A DNA stretch of 44,763 nucleotides from an uncultured Clostridia bacterium (GTDB lineage Bacteria; Bacillota; Dehalobacteriia; UBA4068). The translations under genes were made by a program, and so were the position numbers. Each line of letters opens with the position of its first letter. The first letter of the stretch is position 1. The stretch covers positions 1 to 44,763 of the forward strand of contig CALXSV010000022.1 of assembly GCA_944391235.1 (NCBI GenBank). The letters run 5' to 3'. Below, in pieces: positions 1 to 8,527 of this stretch. The notes beneath the pieces are model-generated. The model had not been told where the DNA came from. It ran no database searches and worked only from the letters and a program-made list of their open reading frames with translations.

Positions 1-585
1 TTGAACCGTAGGGCGCGCGACCAGGCGGAAGAGGAATCTGTACTTTTGCCGGCAGCAGATCCAGAGCTGCTTACATCAGAGGACCCTGTAAATTCGGATT
101 CGAGCCTGGGAGCGGATTTGGCGGCACAGCGCGGATCAGCCTATCATAGGGTATTAGAGTTGCTTGATTTGCAGGACGTATCCATGGAAGGCCTATCTCG
201 CCAGTGCCTGGCTATGCAGCATTTGCTGGATATACATCAACTGGATCTAGCCCGCCTGGCGCATTTTTTTGCCAGCGATTTGGGGCAGCGTTATTGCCGG
301 GCTACTCGCGTGGAGCGTGAACGTCCTTTTACTTATTTATTGCCAATTGCCGGGGAGGCAGAGATTATGGTACAGGGGGTACTGGATGCTGCTTTTTATG
401 AAGATGGTGCTTGGGTTTTGCTTGATTATAAAACAGGAGGCTGGGGAAAAAGCGAACAAGAAATTGCTGCCCAGTATCGGGAACAGCTTTATTATTATCG
501 GCAGGCTATTGAGCGCTTATGGGGCCAGCCTGTTAAAGAATGTTGGTTATGTATGCTAGATTTGGAAAGAAATATTCTGTTGTAG
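1..585 (+). CDS. addA: 3' end of ATP-dependent helicase/nuclease subunit A (AddA/RecB type), C-terminal PD-(D/E)XK nuclease domain; the 5' part lies outside the window
   Basis: ORF is open at the window start. 'GVLDAAFYEDGAWVLLDYKTG' matches the RecB-family nuclease D...(D/E)xK core, followed by a 'QYREQLYYYRQAIERL' tail typical of AddA C-termini. Confidence 0.65.
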   Translation: MNRRARDQAEEESVLLPAADPELLTSEDPVNSDSSLGADLAAQRGSAYHRVLELLDLQDVSMEGLSRQCLAMQHLLDIHQLDLARLAHFFASDLGQRYCRATRVERERPFTYLLPIAGEAEIMVQGVLDAAFYEDGAWVLLDYKTGGWGKSEQEIAAQYREQLYYYRQAIERLWGQPVKECWLCMLDLERNILL

Positions 586-624
586 GCAGCATCTAAGCTC
601 GCTTTAGTCTTTTAAAGTATTAGC

Positions 625-654
625 TTGACTATGTGATGCTACTTGTGCTATAAT
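625..654 (+). promoter_or_regulatory. sigma-A type promoter of the amino-acid ABC transporter operon
   Basis: TTGACT (625-630), 18-nt spacer, TGc-TATAAT (649-654), 40 nt upstream of the ATG at 695. Confidence 0.4.
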
Positions 655-694
655 TCGTTTCGTTAAACAAATAATAAACAGAGGTGCTACAAGA

Positions 695-1540
695 ATGAAA
701 AAATTGCTTATCATTATGCTGGCTCTGATGCTGGTTGTAGCTCTTGTCGCAGGCTGCGGCGAGAACGACAACAATACGGATCCGACCACGAATGACACCA
801 CGGACACCAATGATACCACTACTGCGGAGAGAACTACCTTTACGGTTGGCTTTGATGCAGAATTCCCGCCTTACGGTTACATGGATGAAAACGGCGAGTA
901 TGTTGGTTTTGACCTCTCCTTGGCCGCTGAGGTTGCCGAACGTAATGGTTGGGAGCTGATTCTTCAGCCCATCGATTGGAATGCCAAGGATATGGAGTTG
1001 AACGCTGGTACCATCGATTGCATCTGGAACGGTTTTACCATGAACGATCGTGAAGATCTCTACACTTGGTCCGATGCTTATGTAGATAATACCCAGGTCT
1101 TTGTTGTGAAAGCAGATAGCGGTATTACTACCAAGGCTGATCTGGCTGGTAAAATTGTCGCTGTTCAGGATGATTCCTCTGCACAGACTGCTCTGGAATC
1201 TGAAGACAATGCGGAATTGACTGCCTCCTTTGCTACGTTGGATGTAGTTGGCGATTACAACACTGCTTTCCTGAATCTGGAAGCTGGCTCTGTTGACGCT
1301 GTTGCTATGGATATTGCTGTTGCTCAATATCAGATGGAAGCCCGCGATGGTGAATTTGTTATTTTGGAAGAATACATTTCCAGTGAGCAGTATGGCATTG
1401 GCTTCAAACTGGGTAACACCGAACTGCGCGATCAGGTTCAGGCTACTTTGGATGAAATGATGGCGGACGGCACTTTCATGCAGATTGCTGAACAGTGGGG
1501 TCAGCAGGACATGGTTATCGTCAAGGAAGCGGCTGAATAA
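695..1540 (+). CDS. polar amino-acid ABC transporter substrate-binding lipoprotein (SBP family 3)
   Basis: Signal peptide with lipobox 'LVAGCG'. 'FTVGFDAEFPPYGY' and 'DCIWNGFTMNDRED' are typical of Gln/His/Arg-type binding proteins. The permease and ATPase genes follow directly. Confidence 0.9.
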   Translation: MKKLLIIMLALMLVVALVAGCGENDNNTDPTTNDTTDTNDTTTAERTTFTVGFDAEFPPYGYMDENGEYVGFDLSLAAEVAERNGWELILQPIDWNAKDMELNAGTIDCIWNGFTMNDREDLYTWSDAYVDNTQVFVVKADSGITTKADLAGKIVAVQDDSSAQTALESEDNAELTASFATLDVVGDYNTAFLNLEAGSVDAVAMDIAVAQYQMEARDGEFVILEEYISSEQYGIGFKLGNTELRDQVQATLDEMMADGTFMQIAEQWGQQDMVIVKEAAE

Positions 1541-1565
1541 AAGCAGACAAAAATAGATACGCTTG

Positions 1566-1598
1566 ATATGGCGGATATTTCTATCCGCCATATTTTTG
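1566..1598 (+). terminator. intra-operon hairpin with T-run between the binding-protein and permease genes (partial terminator or mRNA stabiliser)
   Basis: Perfect 12-bp stem ATATGGCGGATA / TATCCGCCATAT with loop TTTC, followed by TTTTT. Confidence 0.55.
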
Positions 1599-1613
1599 CA
1601 TAGGAGCACGTTT

Positions 1614-2273
1614 ATGGAAACCTTTTTCGCCATTACTGTACAGCTCAGCAAAGGCATGAGCACATCTCTGCAGATTTTTGCTTTAACTTTGCTGTTTTCT
1701 ATTCCTCTGGGCCTATTTGTCGCCTTCGGCCGCATGTCTAAGCATGGCTTGCTGCGTGGTATAACCAAAGTTTATATTTCAATCATGCGTGGTACGCCGC
1801 TTATGCTGCAATTGTATGCTGTGTACTTTGGTCCATTTATTCTTTTTGGTTTGCCTCTGACCATTCAATATCGTGCTACGGCCACCATTATTGCCTTTTC
1901 TATTAATTATGCTGCCTATTTTGCAGAGATTTACCGTGGCGGTATTGAGTCTATGCCCAGTGGACAATATGAGGCAGCGGAGGTACTGGGGCTGGGGAAG
2001 GTACATACCTTTGTGCGCATTATTTTGCCGCAGGTAATTAAACGCATATTGCCTTCCATAACAAATGAAATTATTACGCTGGTTAAAGATACTTCTTTAG
2101 CCTATGCCATTGCATATACGGAAATGTTTACCCTGGCCAAGCAGATTTCTTCAGCCCGTGGTTCATTAGTTCCCGTATTTGTCGCCGGCCTGTTTTATTA
2201 TATATTTAATTTTGTTGTTGCTTTCATTATGGAGCGGGTAGAAAAACGCCTTAGTTATTATGAAATTAAGTAG
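1614..2273 (+). CDS. amino-acid ABC transporter permease
   Basis: Start moved to ATG 1614 (RBS AGGAG at 1602-1606). Multi-TM protein with EAA-type loop 'EAAEVLGLGKVHTFVRIILPQ'. Confidence 0.9.
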   Translation: METFFAITVQLSKGMSTSLQIFALTLLFSIPLGLFVAFGRMSKHGLLRGITKVYISIMRGTPLMLQLYAVYFGPFILFGLPLTIQYRATATIIAFSINYAAYFAEIYRGGIESMPSGQYEAAEVLGLGKVHTFVRIILPQVIKRILPSITNEIITLVKDTSLAYAIAYTEMFTLAKQISSARGSLVPVFVAGLFYYIFNFVVAFIMERVEKRLSYYEIK

Positions 2274-2281
2274 GTGAATCA

Positions 2282-3040
2282 ATGAAGCTGGTAGAAATTA
2301 AAAATTTAAGCAAAAGCTTTGATGGCGTTGAGGTGATTCGCGATATCAGTTTTGATGTGGAGCAAGGCGATGTAGTGGCTATTATCGGCAGCTCTGGCAG
2401 TGGTAAGACTACCTTACTGCGCTGCGCTACCATGCTGGAAAGGGTGTCCGGCGGCTCTATTTATTACCATGGAGACTGTATGGTGGAAACCATTAATGGT
2501 AAAATTCAGTATGCATCACGCGATAATCTGAAGAAAATCCGTCGGCATTATGGCTTGGTCTTCCAAAATTTTAATCTTTTCCCGCATATGTCTGTACTAA
2601 ACAATATTTTGGAGGCCCCGGTGAAAGCCTTTCGGCAGCCTAAAGAGGAAACACGGGAAATGGCGATGAAGTTGTTGGCACAGATGGGACTGGAGGATCG
2701 GGCAGATGCTTATCCCTGTCAGCTCTCAGGCGGGCAGCAGCAGCGCGTTGCTATTGCCCGTGCGCTGGCCATGCAACCGGATGTATTATATTTTGACGAG
2801 CCAACCAGTGCACTGGATCCGGAGTTGACCGGTGAAGTTCTAAAATCGATTAAGGATTTAAAACAGCAGGGCCGTACTATGATTATTGTTACCCATGAAA
2901 TGGAATTTGCCCGTAATGTGGCTGATCGTATTATCTACATGGCTAATGGTGTGATTGAGGAGATGGGTACGCCGGAACAGATTTTTAATAACCCACAAAG
3001 TGAAAAAACAAAATCCTTTTTGGGGCGTACACTCTATTAG
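2282..3040 (+). CDS. amino-acid ABC transporter ATP-binding protein (GlnQ-like)
   Basis: Walker A 'GSSGSGKTT', signature 'LSGGQQQRVAIARAL', Walker B 'VLYFDEPTSALD'. Confidence 0.95.
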   Translation: MKLVEIKNLSKSFDGVEVIRDISFDVEQGDVVAIIGSSGSGKTTLLRCATMLERVSGGSIYYHGDCMVETINGKIQYASRDNLKKIRRHYGLVFQNFNLFPHMSVLNNILEAPVKAFRQPKEETREMAMKLLAQMGLEDRADAYPCQLSGGQQQRVAIARALAMQPDVLYFDEPTSALDPELTGEVLKSIKDLKQQGRTMIIVTHEMEFARNVADRIIYMANGVIEEMGTPEQIFNNPQSEKTKSFLGRTLY

Positions 3041-3072
3041 AAAGCACCTAAGAAAATTTACTGGTAAAAATT

Positions 3073-3107
3073 AAAAAAACAGCCAATTATTTTGGCTGTT
3101 TTTTTGT
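3073..3107 (+). terminator. rho-independent terminator of the ABC operon
   Basis: AAAAAAACAGCCAA / TTGGCTGTTTTTTT hairpin with a T-run. Confidence 0.7.
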
Positions 3108-3144
3108 TCAGATAAGGACATAATAGCATCAGGAGGTGAAAACA

Positions 3145-3309
3145 ATGCGTAAAATTAAATGTCTGGTAGAGGAATGCCAGTATAATGATGCGTACTTTTG
3201 TGAGGCAGACGAGATTGAAGTTTGCTCCTGCGGTACCAACCATGTGCAGTGCGCAGACCAGACTGCCTGTCGTACTTTCCGTGAAAAGAGCGGCTGCAAA
3301 TGCGAATAA
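3145..3309 (+). CDS. small cysteine-rich protein (54 aa), DUF1540-like
   Basis: Not in the ORF track because it is under 60 aa. RBS AGGAGG lies 8 nt upstream of ATG 3145. Translation is MRKIKCLVEECQYNDAYFCEADEIEVCSCGTNHVQCADQTACRTFREKSGCKCE. The 'C.V.EC.YN....C.A.EI.V' pattern is as I recall it for DUF1540. A terminator follows. Confidence 0.65.
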   Translation: MRKIKCLVEECQYNDAYFCEADEIEVCSCGTNHVQCADQTACRTFREKSGCKCE

Positions 3310-3330
3310 GTATTAAAAGTTAAGATCAAC

Positions 3331-3365
3331 AAAAGGGTATGGCGGGAAGAGGCTATACCCTTTTG
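3331..3365. terminator. bidirectional terminator between convergent genes
   Basis: AAAAGGGTAT-GGC ... GCTATACCCTTTT imperfect hairpin flanked by A- and T-runs. Confidence 0.55.
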
Positions 3366-3404
3366 TTATCCCTAAAATCACATTGCCCGCTGTATGTGTG
3401 GGCA

Positions 3405-4151
3405 TTATTTCTCCTCAGGTGCTATCGCCAGACTTGCATTTTCTGCGATTTCATCCTCAGCCGCGTCATAGCTCCATGCTTCTCCGGGATTTAAAACAAT
3501 ACATTTGCTATGAATGCGCGATTCTAGCTGTTTTTTGAATCGGTAGGCATCCTGCTTTATTGCGGGGAAAGTGGAATAGTGCATGGGAATTACATAGGTG
3601 GGCTTAAGCCAGTGCGCAGCAGTGATAGCATCGCTCGGCCCCATCGTATAAAAATCACCAATCGGCAAAAGCGCAGTAAAAATATTGTAGCGTTGAATAA
3701 CCATGCTCATATCACCAAATAGCGCAGTATCTCCCGCATGATACAAATTTCCGGTTTTATCCTCAATAACAAAACCGCAGGCAGTACCACAGGGCAGTAC
3801 CCGACCGTTGTCGGTAAGAGAATTGCCATGAATGGCCTGCGTCATAATAATGGGTACACCTTTGATTATAACACGTCCCCCTGTATTCATCCCCACTGTA
3901 CCAATTCCATGCGTGTCCAGTGCGTTTAGCAAATCTACCTGCGCCACCAAGGTCGCACCGCTGTTGCGCGCAATAGTAAGTGCATCACCCAGGTGGTCAT
4001 TATGTCCATGGGTAACCAAAATAAGGTCAGGGTGAAAATCTTCAGGCTGCTTTTGGCAGCGGGGATTTTCTGAAATATAGGGGTCGATAAGAATGTTCAC
4101 CCCATTTACAATCACAGTAAAGCAGGCATGTCCTTCAAATACCAGTTGCAT
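3405..4151 (-). CDS. metal-dependent hydrolase, beta-lactamase fold (UPF0173-like)
   Basis: 'LILVTHGHNDHLGD' is an HxHxDH metal motif. The 'MQLVFEGHACF' N-terminus is typical of the UPF0173 family. Confidence 0.8.
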   Translation of the reverse strand: MQLVFEGHACFTVIVNGVNILIDPYISENPRCQKQPEDFHPDLILVTHGHNDHLGDALTIARNSGATLVAQVDLLNALDTHGIGTVGMNTGGRVIIKGVPIIMTQAIHGNSLTDNGRVLPCGTACGFVIEDKTGNLYHAGDTALFGDMSMVIQRYNIFTALLPIGDFYTMGPSDAITAAHWLKPTYVIPMHYSTFPAIKQDAYRFKKQLESRIHSKCIVLNPGEAWSYDAAEDEIAENASLAIAPEEK

Positions 4152-4210
4152 ATGCGCACCTCTTTTCTGTTCACCTGATATCCATTTTTTTCATCATATC
4201 ATAGGAAAGG

Positions 4211-4402
4211 CTAACAGTAAAGAATGACCCATAAAAATAAGCAAAATAATGCCAGACCAACCAGTATTGTTGGGTTAAGCAGCAGGGATATGACCAGCAT
4301 CAATGCAACCAGGGCGAGAATGAGGTTGGATACGTTTTCCAAAAAAGAGCTATCCAGGGCTTTAGAAAGCTGTTTTTTACATTTTTTTCCGAATTCTCCC
4401 AT
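4211..4402 (-). CDS. small hypothetical membrane protein (63 aa)
   Basis: Start set at ATG 4402 (RBS AAAGGTGGG 7 nt upstream). The C-terminal half is two hydrophobic helices. No family recognised. Confidence 0.4.
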   Translation of the reverse strand: MGEFGKKCKKQLSKALDSSFLENVSNLILALVALMLVISLLLNPTILVGLALFCLFLWVILYC

Positions 4403-4500
4403 GAGATCACCCACCTTTTTCCTTTAATACAGTATATGCAGAGAAAAAAAAATGGTGCTAAAAAGTTGCAATCGACAGAAAATTGCGTTATTCTGTTCTT

Positions 4501-5139
4501 ATGAAAAAGCTTACGAAAAAACAGAAAAACGATATCCTATCTATTTTAGAGCAGACTTACCACGGTACAGCCTCAGCTTTGCAGTTTGATAGTGTGTGGC
4601 AGCTGGCCGTAGCGGTTATCCTATCCGCACAAACTAATGATAATCAGGTCAATAAGATTACCCACGATTTGTTTGCTGCCTATCCGGATGCACAGTCTAT
4701 GGCAAAGCTGGAGCCTGAGCAATTAGAGCCTCTTATTTCCACCTGTGGCTTATATCACAATAAGGCTAAGAATATCATTGCCACAGCCCGTATTGTTACA
4801 GAGCAATACGATGGCTGTTTGCCTGCGGATAAGCAGTTGTTAACGCAATTGCCAGGCATTGGCGGTAAAACGGCTAATGTTATTTTAGCTGTAGGTTTTG
4901 GCATACCTGCGTTGGCGGTGGATACGCATGTTCAGCGGGTGTCCAATCGCCTTGGTTTAGCGCAAAGCAAAACTCCGGAGCAGACGGAGGCCCAGTTGTG
5001 CGCATTAATTCCCCGTGAGAAGTGGGCTGATGCGCATCATTGGCTGATTTGGCATGGCCGTAAACTCTGTACTGCACGCAATCCTAAGTGTAATCTCTGT
5101 CCGCTGTCCAGTCTGTGTCCTTCTCGAGAAGATTCGTGA
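4501..5139 (+). CDS. nth: endonuclease III (DNA glycosylase / AP lyase)
   Basis: HhH-GPD 'LPGIGGKTANVIL', 'VDTHVQRVSNRLGL', and 4Fe-4S loop 'CTARNPKCNLCPLSSLC'. Start taken at ATG 4501 (MKKLTKKQ). Confidence 0.9.
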   Translation: MKKLTKKQKNDILSILEQTYHGTASALQFDSVWQLAVAVILSAQTNDNQVNKITHDLFAAYPDAQSMAKLEPEQLEPLISTCGLYHNKAKNIIATARIVTEQYDGCLPADKQLLTQLPGIGGKTANVILAVGFGIPALAVDTHVQRVSNRLGLAQSKTPEQTEAQLCALIPREKWADAHHWLIWHGRKLCTARNPKCNLCPLSSLCPSREDS

Positions 5140-5195
5140 TTCGCTGTTTTGTTGAAAAGCTCTTTTCCTGCTTTTCCTTTTTCTAAGCCTATAGC

Positions 5196-5243
5196 AAAGA
5201 GGCCTGTATATTCAGTACGATACTGGATATACAAGCCTCTTTT
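5196..5243. terminator. bidirectional terminator between nth and the DegV gene
   Basis: AAAGAGGCCTGTATAT / ATATACAAGCCTCTTT stem of about 16 bp with one mismatch, followed by a T-run. Confidence 0.6.
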
Positions 5244-5304
5244 ATGTGTTTTACATAACGGAGAGGGCATTTATGGAGCATAGCGGATAAGATTATCCAC
5301 TTTG

Positions 5305-6141
5305 TCAGCAATGGAAGAAAGCCACGGCAATGGCTCCCGGGCCTGCATGCGTACCAATGGTACTGCCGATGGTAATACCTTGCGGCAGACTTGTTTTTCC
5401 CTTCCACAGCGCTTCGCTATCGGCAATATATTTCTGTAGCAGGGCGTCGCTCAGTCCGGTATAGCCTAAGAGCAGGGGAAGCGAGAAATCTACGCCGCCT
5501 TTTTCTTGAATCATTTTTGTCAGCATATTGTTGCCGTGCCGAGAGCCGCGCGCTTTACCCAGAATCGCTACTTCTCCATTCTCAATGGCAATGACCGGTT
5601 TGATGGATAATACGCCGCCAGCCAAAGCTGCTGCTGCAGATATTCTTCCGCCACGCTTAAGATACTCCAAGGTATCCAGTAGGGCAATCAAACAAATTTC
5701 CTTTTTCTTTCGGTTTAGCATATCCACGATTTCTGTAATCGGCAATCCCTGTTCAATCAGTTGCTTGGCATAAAGAATGAGGATTTGTTCGCCGATGGTA
5801 ACATTTTCGCTATCTACAACAAAGATTTTTCCGGCAAATTCCTCCGCAGCAATTACAGCGCTGCGGTATGTACCGGATAATTTGCTGGAAAGGGTGATAA
5901 CAATTGCGATATCCCCCTGGGCAACCACCTTTTCATATGCCTGCGCAAAGGCAAAGGGTGCCAGCTGTGATGTGGTAGGCAATACATCGCTTTCTACTAG
6001 TTTCTCGTAAAAGGATTGCGGCGAAAGGGTTACTCCATCCAGATATTCTTCATTGCCGAACATAGTGGTTAAGGGCAATACGGTAATCAGTGGACCTGAG
6101 CAAAGATCCGAAGCAGAGTCGGTAATTATTTGAATAGTCAT
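5305..6141 (-). CDS. DegV family fatty-acid-binding protein
   Basis: 'MTIQIITDSASDL' N-terminus and the overall pattern ('LPTTSQ', 'GTHAGPGAI') are typical of DegV. Confidence 0.9.
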   Translation of the reverse strand: MTIQIITDSASDLCSGPLITVLPLTTMFGNEEYLDGVTLSPQSFYEKLVESDVLPTTSQLAPFAFAQAYEKVVAQGDIAIVITLSSKLSGTYRSAVIAAEEFAGKIFVVDSENVTIGEQILILYAKQLIEQGLPITEIVDMLNRKKKEICLIALLDTLEYLKRGGRISAAAALAGGVLSIKPVIAIENGEVAILGKARGSRHGNNMLTKMIQEKGGVDFSLPLLLGYTGLSDALLQKYIADSEALWKGKTSLPQGITIGSTIGTHAGPGAIAVAFFHC

Positions 6142-6342
6142 TGTATCCTCCTAAAATTATTTGAAGTTCTTTTCTTGCTTGTTTTTCTATCTTTAATCAA
6201 GAATTCTTACAATGAATAGAGATAGATTACAGTATATATAGTTTCTCCTCGGAAAGTACAAACCCTTTTTTACGGTAAGCGATACCTATCTATATGCTTG
6301 GTTTGGTCGCATAAAAAATTTTCATGAAAATTCGTGGAAAAG

Positions 6343-6372
6343 TTTACACAATGTTTTTTTATATGCTACAAT
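6343..6372 (+). promoter_or_regulatory. sigma-A type promoter of the HAD hydrolase gene
   Basis: TTTACA (6343-6348), 18-nt spacer, TGc-TACAAT (6367-6372). Confidence 0.35.
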
Positions 6373-6411
6373 AATTATTAAAGAGAATTTGGACGAAAGA
6401 AAGGAATAAGC

Positions 6412-7125
6412 ATGCTGAATACCATACTTTTTGACCTTGACGGGACTTTGCTTCCGTTTATTGAAAAAGAATTTATTCACAGCTATTTTGAAAGATTGAC
6501 TAACTGTGTCGTGCCACTGGGCTATGAGAAGGAGAATTTCATTAAGGTGTTGTGGGCTGGTACGATGGACATGATTGCCAATACGGGTGAGAAATCCAAT
6601 CGCGATGCCTTTTGGGAGAAATTTTGCGCCCTGCTTGGCGCAGATGCCATGCAATTAGAGACAGTTATTGATGAATTTTATGGCAATGATTTTGATAGGG
6701 TTCGCGAGGTTTTGCGTGAAAGCCGCGATTGCGCGCCTTTGATTCGCAGTTTGAAGGACAAGGGCTATACTCTGGTGCTGGCTACGAACCCCATTTTTCC
6801 TACTGTCGCTGTACATACTCGCCTGGGTTGGGTAGGTTTGCAGAGTGAGGCCTTTGATCATATTACTACTTATGAAAATAGCTGTTTTGCCAAGCCAAAT
6901 CCTGAATATTACCGGGCTATATTAAGGCAGATCCATAAACAGCCGGAAGAATGCGTGATGCTGGGCAATAATCCCTCTGATGATGGCAGCGCGGAGCAGG
7001 CAGGAATAAAAAGCATTCTAATTACGGATTATTTGCAAAATGATAATAATCTACCGCTTACGCAAGAGCAGATGTGCTTTACCGAGATGGTGCAGTGGCT
7101 GGAAAGTTTACCTGCACTGAAGTAA
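6412..7125 (+). CDS. HAD-superfamily hydrolase
   Basis: Motif I 'ILFDLDGTLL', motif II 'LATN', motif IV 'LGNNPSDD'. Confidence 0.85.
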   Translation: MLNTILFDLDGTLLPFIEKEFIHSYFERLTNCVVPLGYEKENFIKVLWAGTMDMIANTGEKSNRDAFWEKFCALLGADAMQLETVIDEFYGNDFDRVREVLRESRDCAPLIRSLKDKGYTLVLATNPIFPTVAVHTRLGWVGLQSEAFDHITTYENSCFAKPNPEYYRAILRQIHKQPEECVMLGNNPSDDGSAEQAGIKSILITDYLQNDNNLPLTQEQMCFTEMVQWLESLPALK

Positions 7126-7161
7126 TTTTTTATAAAAGGTTTAGTCTACTTCCGTTCATGT

Positions 7162-7204
7162 AAAAAATCTCCCCACTCCTAACTATGGAATGGGGAGATT
7201 TTGG
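7162..7204. terminator. bidirectional terminator (ends the HAD gene on + and the island operon on -)
   Basis: AATCTCCCCA / TGGGGAGATT 10-bp stem flanked by AAAAAA and TTTT. Confidence 0.7.
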
Positions 7205-7222
7205 CATTCTTTACTAACCTTT

Positions 7223-7357
7223 TTAATTGTTTTGATGAGTTCTGGTGGCTACTTTTTCGGCAGCATCTGGTTGTAGATGGCCTTTTCCTTTGCCGCTGCT
7301 AAAGATAAATGCCATATGTTCTTCCTTCCGCCGTGGTATGTTGTCACCCGTTTTCAT
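7223..7357 (-). CDS. possible 44-aa ORF or gene remnant between the DHHW gene and the operon terminator
   Basis: Translation is MKTGDNIPRRKEEHMAFIFSSGKGKGHLQPDAAEKVATRTHQNN. Only a weak SD (AGGGTG, 8 nt) is present and no family is recognised. GC is noticeably higher than in the adjacent island genes. Confidence 0.15.
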   Translation of the reverse strand: MKTGDNIPRRKEEHMAFIFSSGKGKGHLQPDAAEKVATRTHQNN

Positions 7358-7383
7358 TTTTGGGACACCCTAAAAGCATCTAA

Positions 7384-8514
7384 TCAATTTAGAACATCAG
7401 AAATGTTTTTATCTTCGCTGAAATTTTTGATGTTATATAAAAACAGACACGTATCAATGTGATTATCGATAATATATTCATCAATATTTCCATTGTAATA
7501 GCGCGGATCAATTATGTGAATTGTTTCATAGTCATTCAGTAAAAATGGAACAAAAGCATTTGCATAGGAATCCTTTACAACGAGTAGATGCCTGTCGTTT
7601 TTTTGCGAGGTGCGGATTGTTATTTCGGGATGATTGCCATTAAAAAATATTTGATACTTGTCTTTTTGCGAAAGATGTTCCACCGCATAAACTGTATTGC
7701 TTTGCGTTTTTCCAAAATTGTATTCAACAGAATAGGGCTTTTCGTTCTTTCGGATATATATATCAATCCTATCAAATGCACAGTGTGTACCCAAAACCTT
7801 AGAATGAAGTGTACCCTGAAATTCTTCGGTCACGGTTTTTATCTCAAATTCACTTAGATCAGCTGACTGACCATTGCTTTCACACCAAATGCTATAAGCA
7901 AGAAATGCACCGTGCGTTGTCCAATGGTGATCTGTTTTGTAATACAATGCTTCCTGTCTGTGTGATGTAAACGATGGCTGTAGATCAATATAGGCTATAT
8001 CTTTTAGATTCTTATTGACTAAGTCATATGCAATTTGTTGATTGAACATAGGAGCGTTTCGGGGGAGTTTCTCATTCAAAACCATACCTGCTGTTGGAAC
8101 AAGCATAAGAGAAAATTTCAATTCCATATTCCTTTGTGCAAAATTATTTAATGCGTTTATATTTTCCGTTAGTTGATTTTCATCGAATTCACTGGCAAGC
8201 CATTTTTCAATCAGATACCCGTCCTCTGCTAAGTAAATTCCGTTGATTTCTTTGTTTCCTATCAATCGTTGAAAATCCGACTTGTCTGAAATCCAAAAAG
8301 TTCTTCCTGGAAATTGATCATCAATATATTTTTCTGTGTCCTCCATAAATTTCCCCGATAGTATATTATCAAGGGATAAGTAGGGCTTGGTTGAGAGATA
8401 GCGATTTTCACTTTCTGAAAATACCATATCCTTTTGTAGCAAAAAACAAACAGGCACGCTGAATAGTGCAGAGAGAAAGAGTACGATTGCAGTGATATGA
8501 TAAATTCTTTTCAT
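7384..8514 (-). CDS. DHHW family protein (AlgJ/AlgX/PatB-like extracytoplasmic O-acyltransferase partner), N-terminal membrane anchor
   Basis: 'LYYKTDHHWTTHGAF' is the eponymous DHHW motif. There is a single N-terminal TM 'ITAIVLFLSALFSVPVCFLL'. Start set at ATG 8514 (RBS AAGAGGA), 13 nt after the MBOAT stop. Confidence 0.85.
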   Translation of the reverse strand: MKRIYHITAIVLFLSALFSVPVCFLLQKDMVFSESENRYLSTKPYLSLDNILSGKFMEDTEKYIDDQFPGRTFWISDKSDFQRLIGNKEINGIYLAEDGYLIEKWLASEFDENQLTENINALNNFAQRNMELKFSLMLVPTAGMVLNEKLPRNAPMFNQQIAYDLVNKNLKDIAYIDLQPSFTSHRQEALYYKTDHHWTTHGAFLAYSIWCESNGQSADLSEFEIKTVTEEFQGTLHSKVLGTHCAFDRIDIYIRKNEKPYSVEYNFGKTQSNTVYAVEHLSQKDKYQIFFNGNHPEITIRTSQKNDRHLLVVKDSYANAFVPFLLNDYETIHIIDPRYYNGNIDEYIIDNHIDTCLFLYNIKNFSEDKNISDVLN

Positions 8515-8527
8515 TATGATCCTCTTC

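Noticed and set aside
629-1768. 379-aa minus-strand ORF, the longest unexplained ORF in the track
   Set aside because: It is entirely antisense to the well-supported binding-protein gene (lipobox, family motifs). Its composition is low-complexity and Ser/Ile/Asn-rich with no motif or RBS. It is a shadow ORF.
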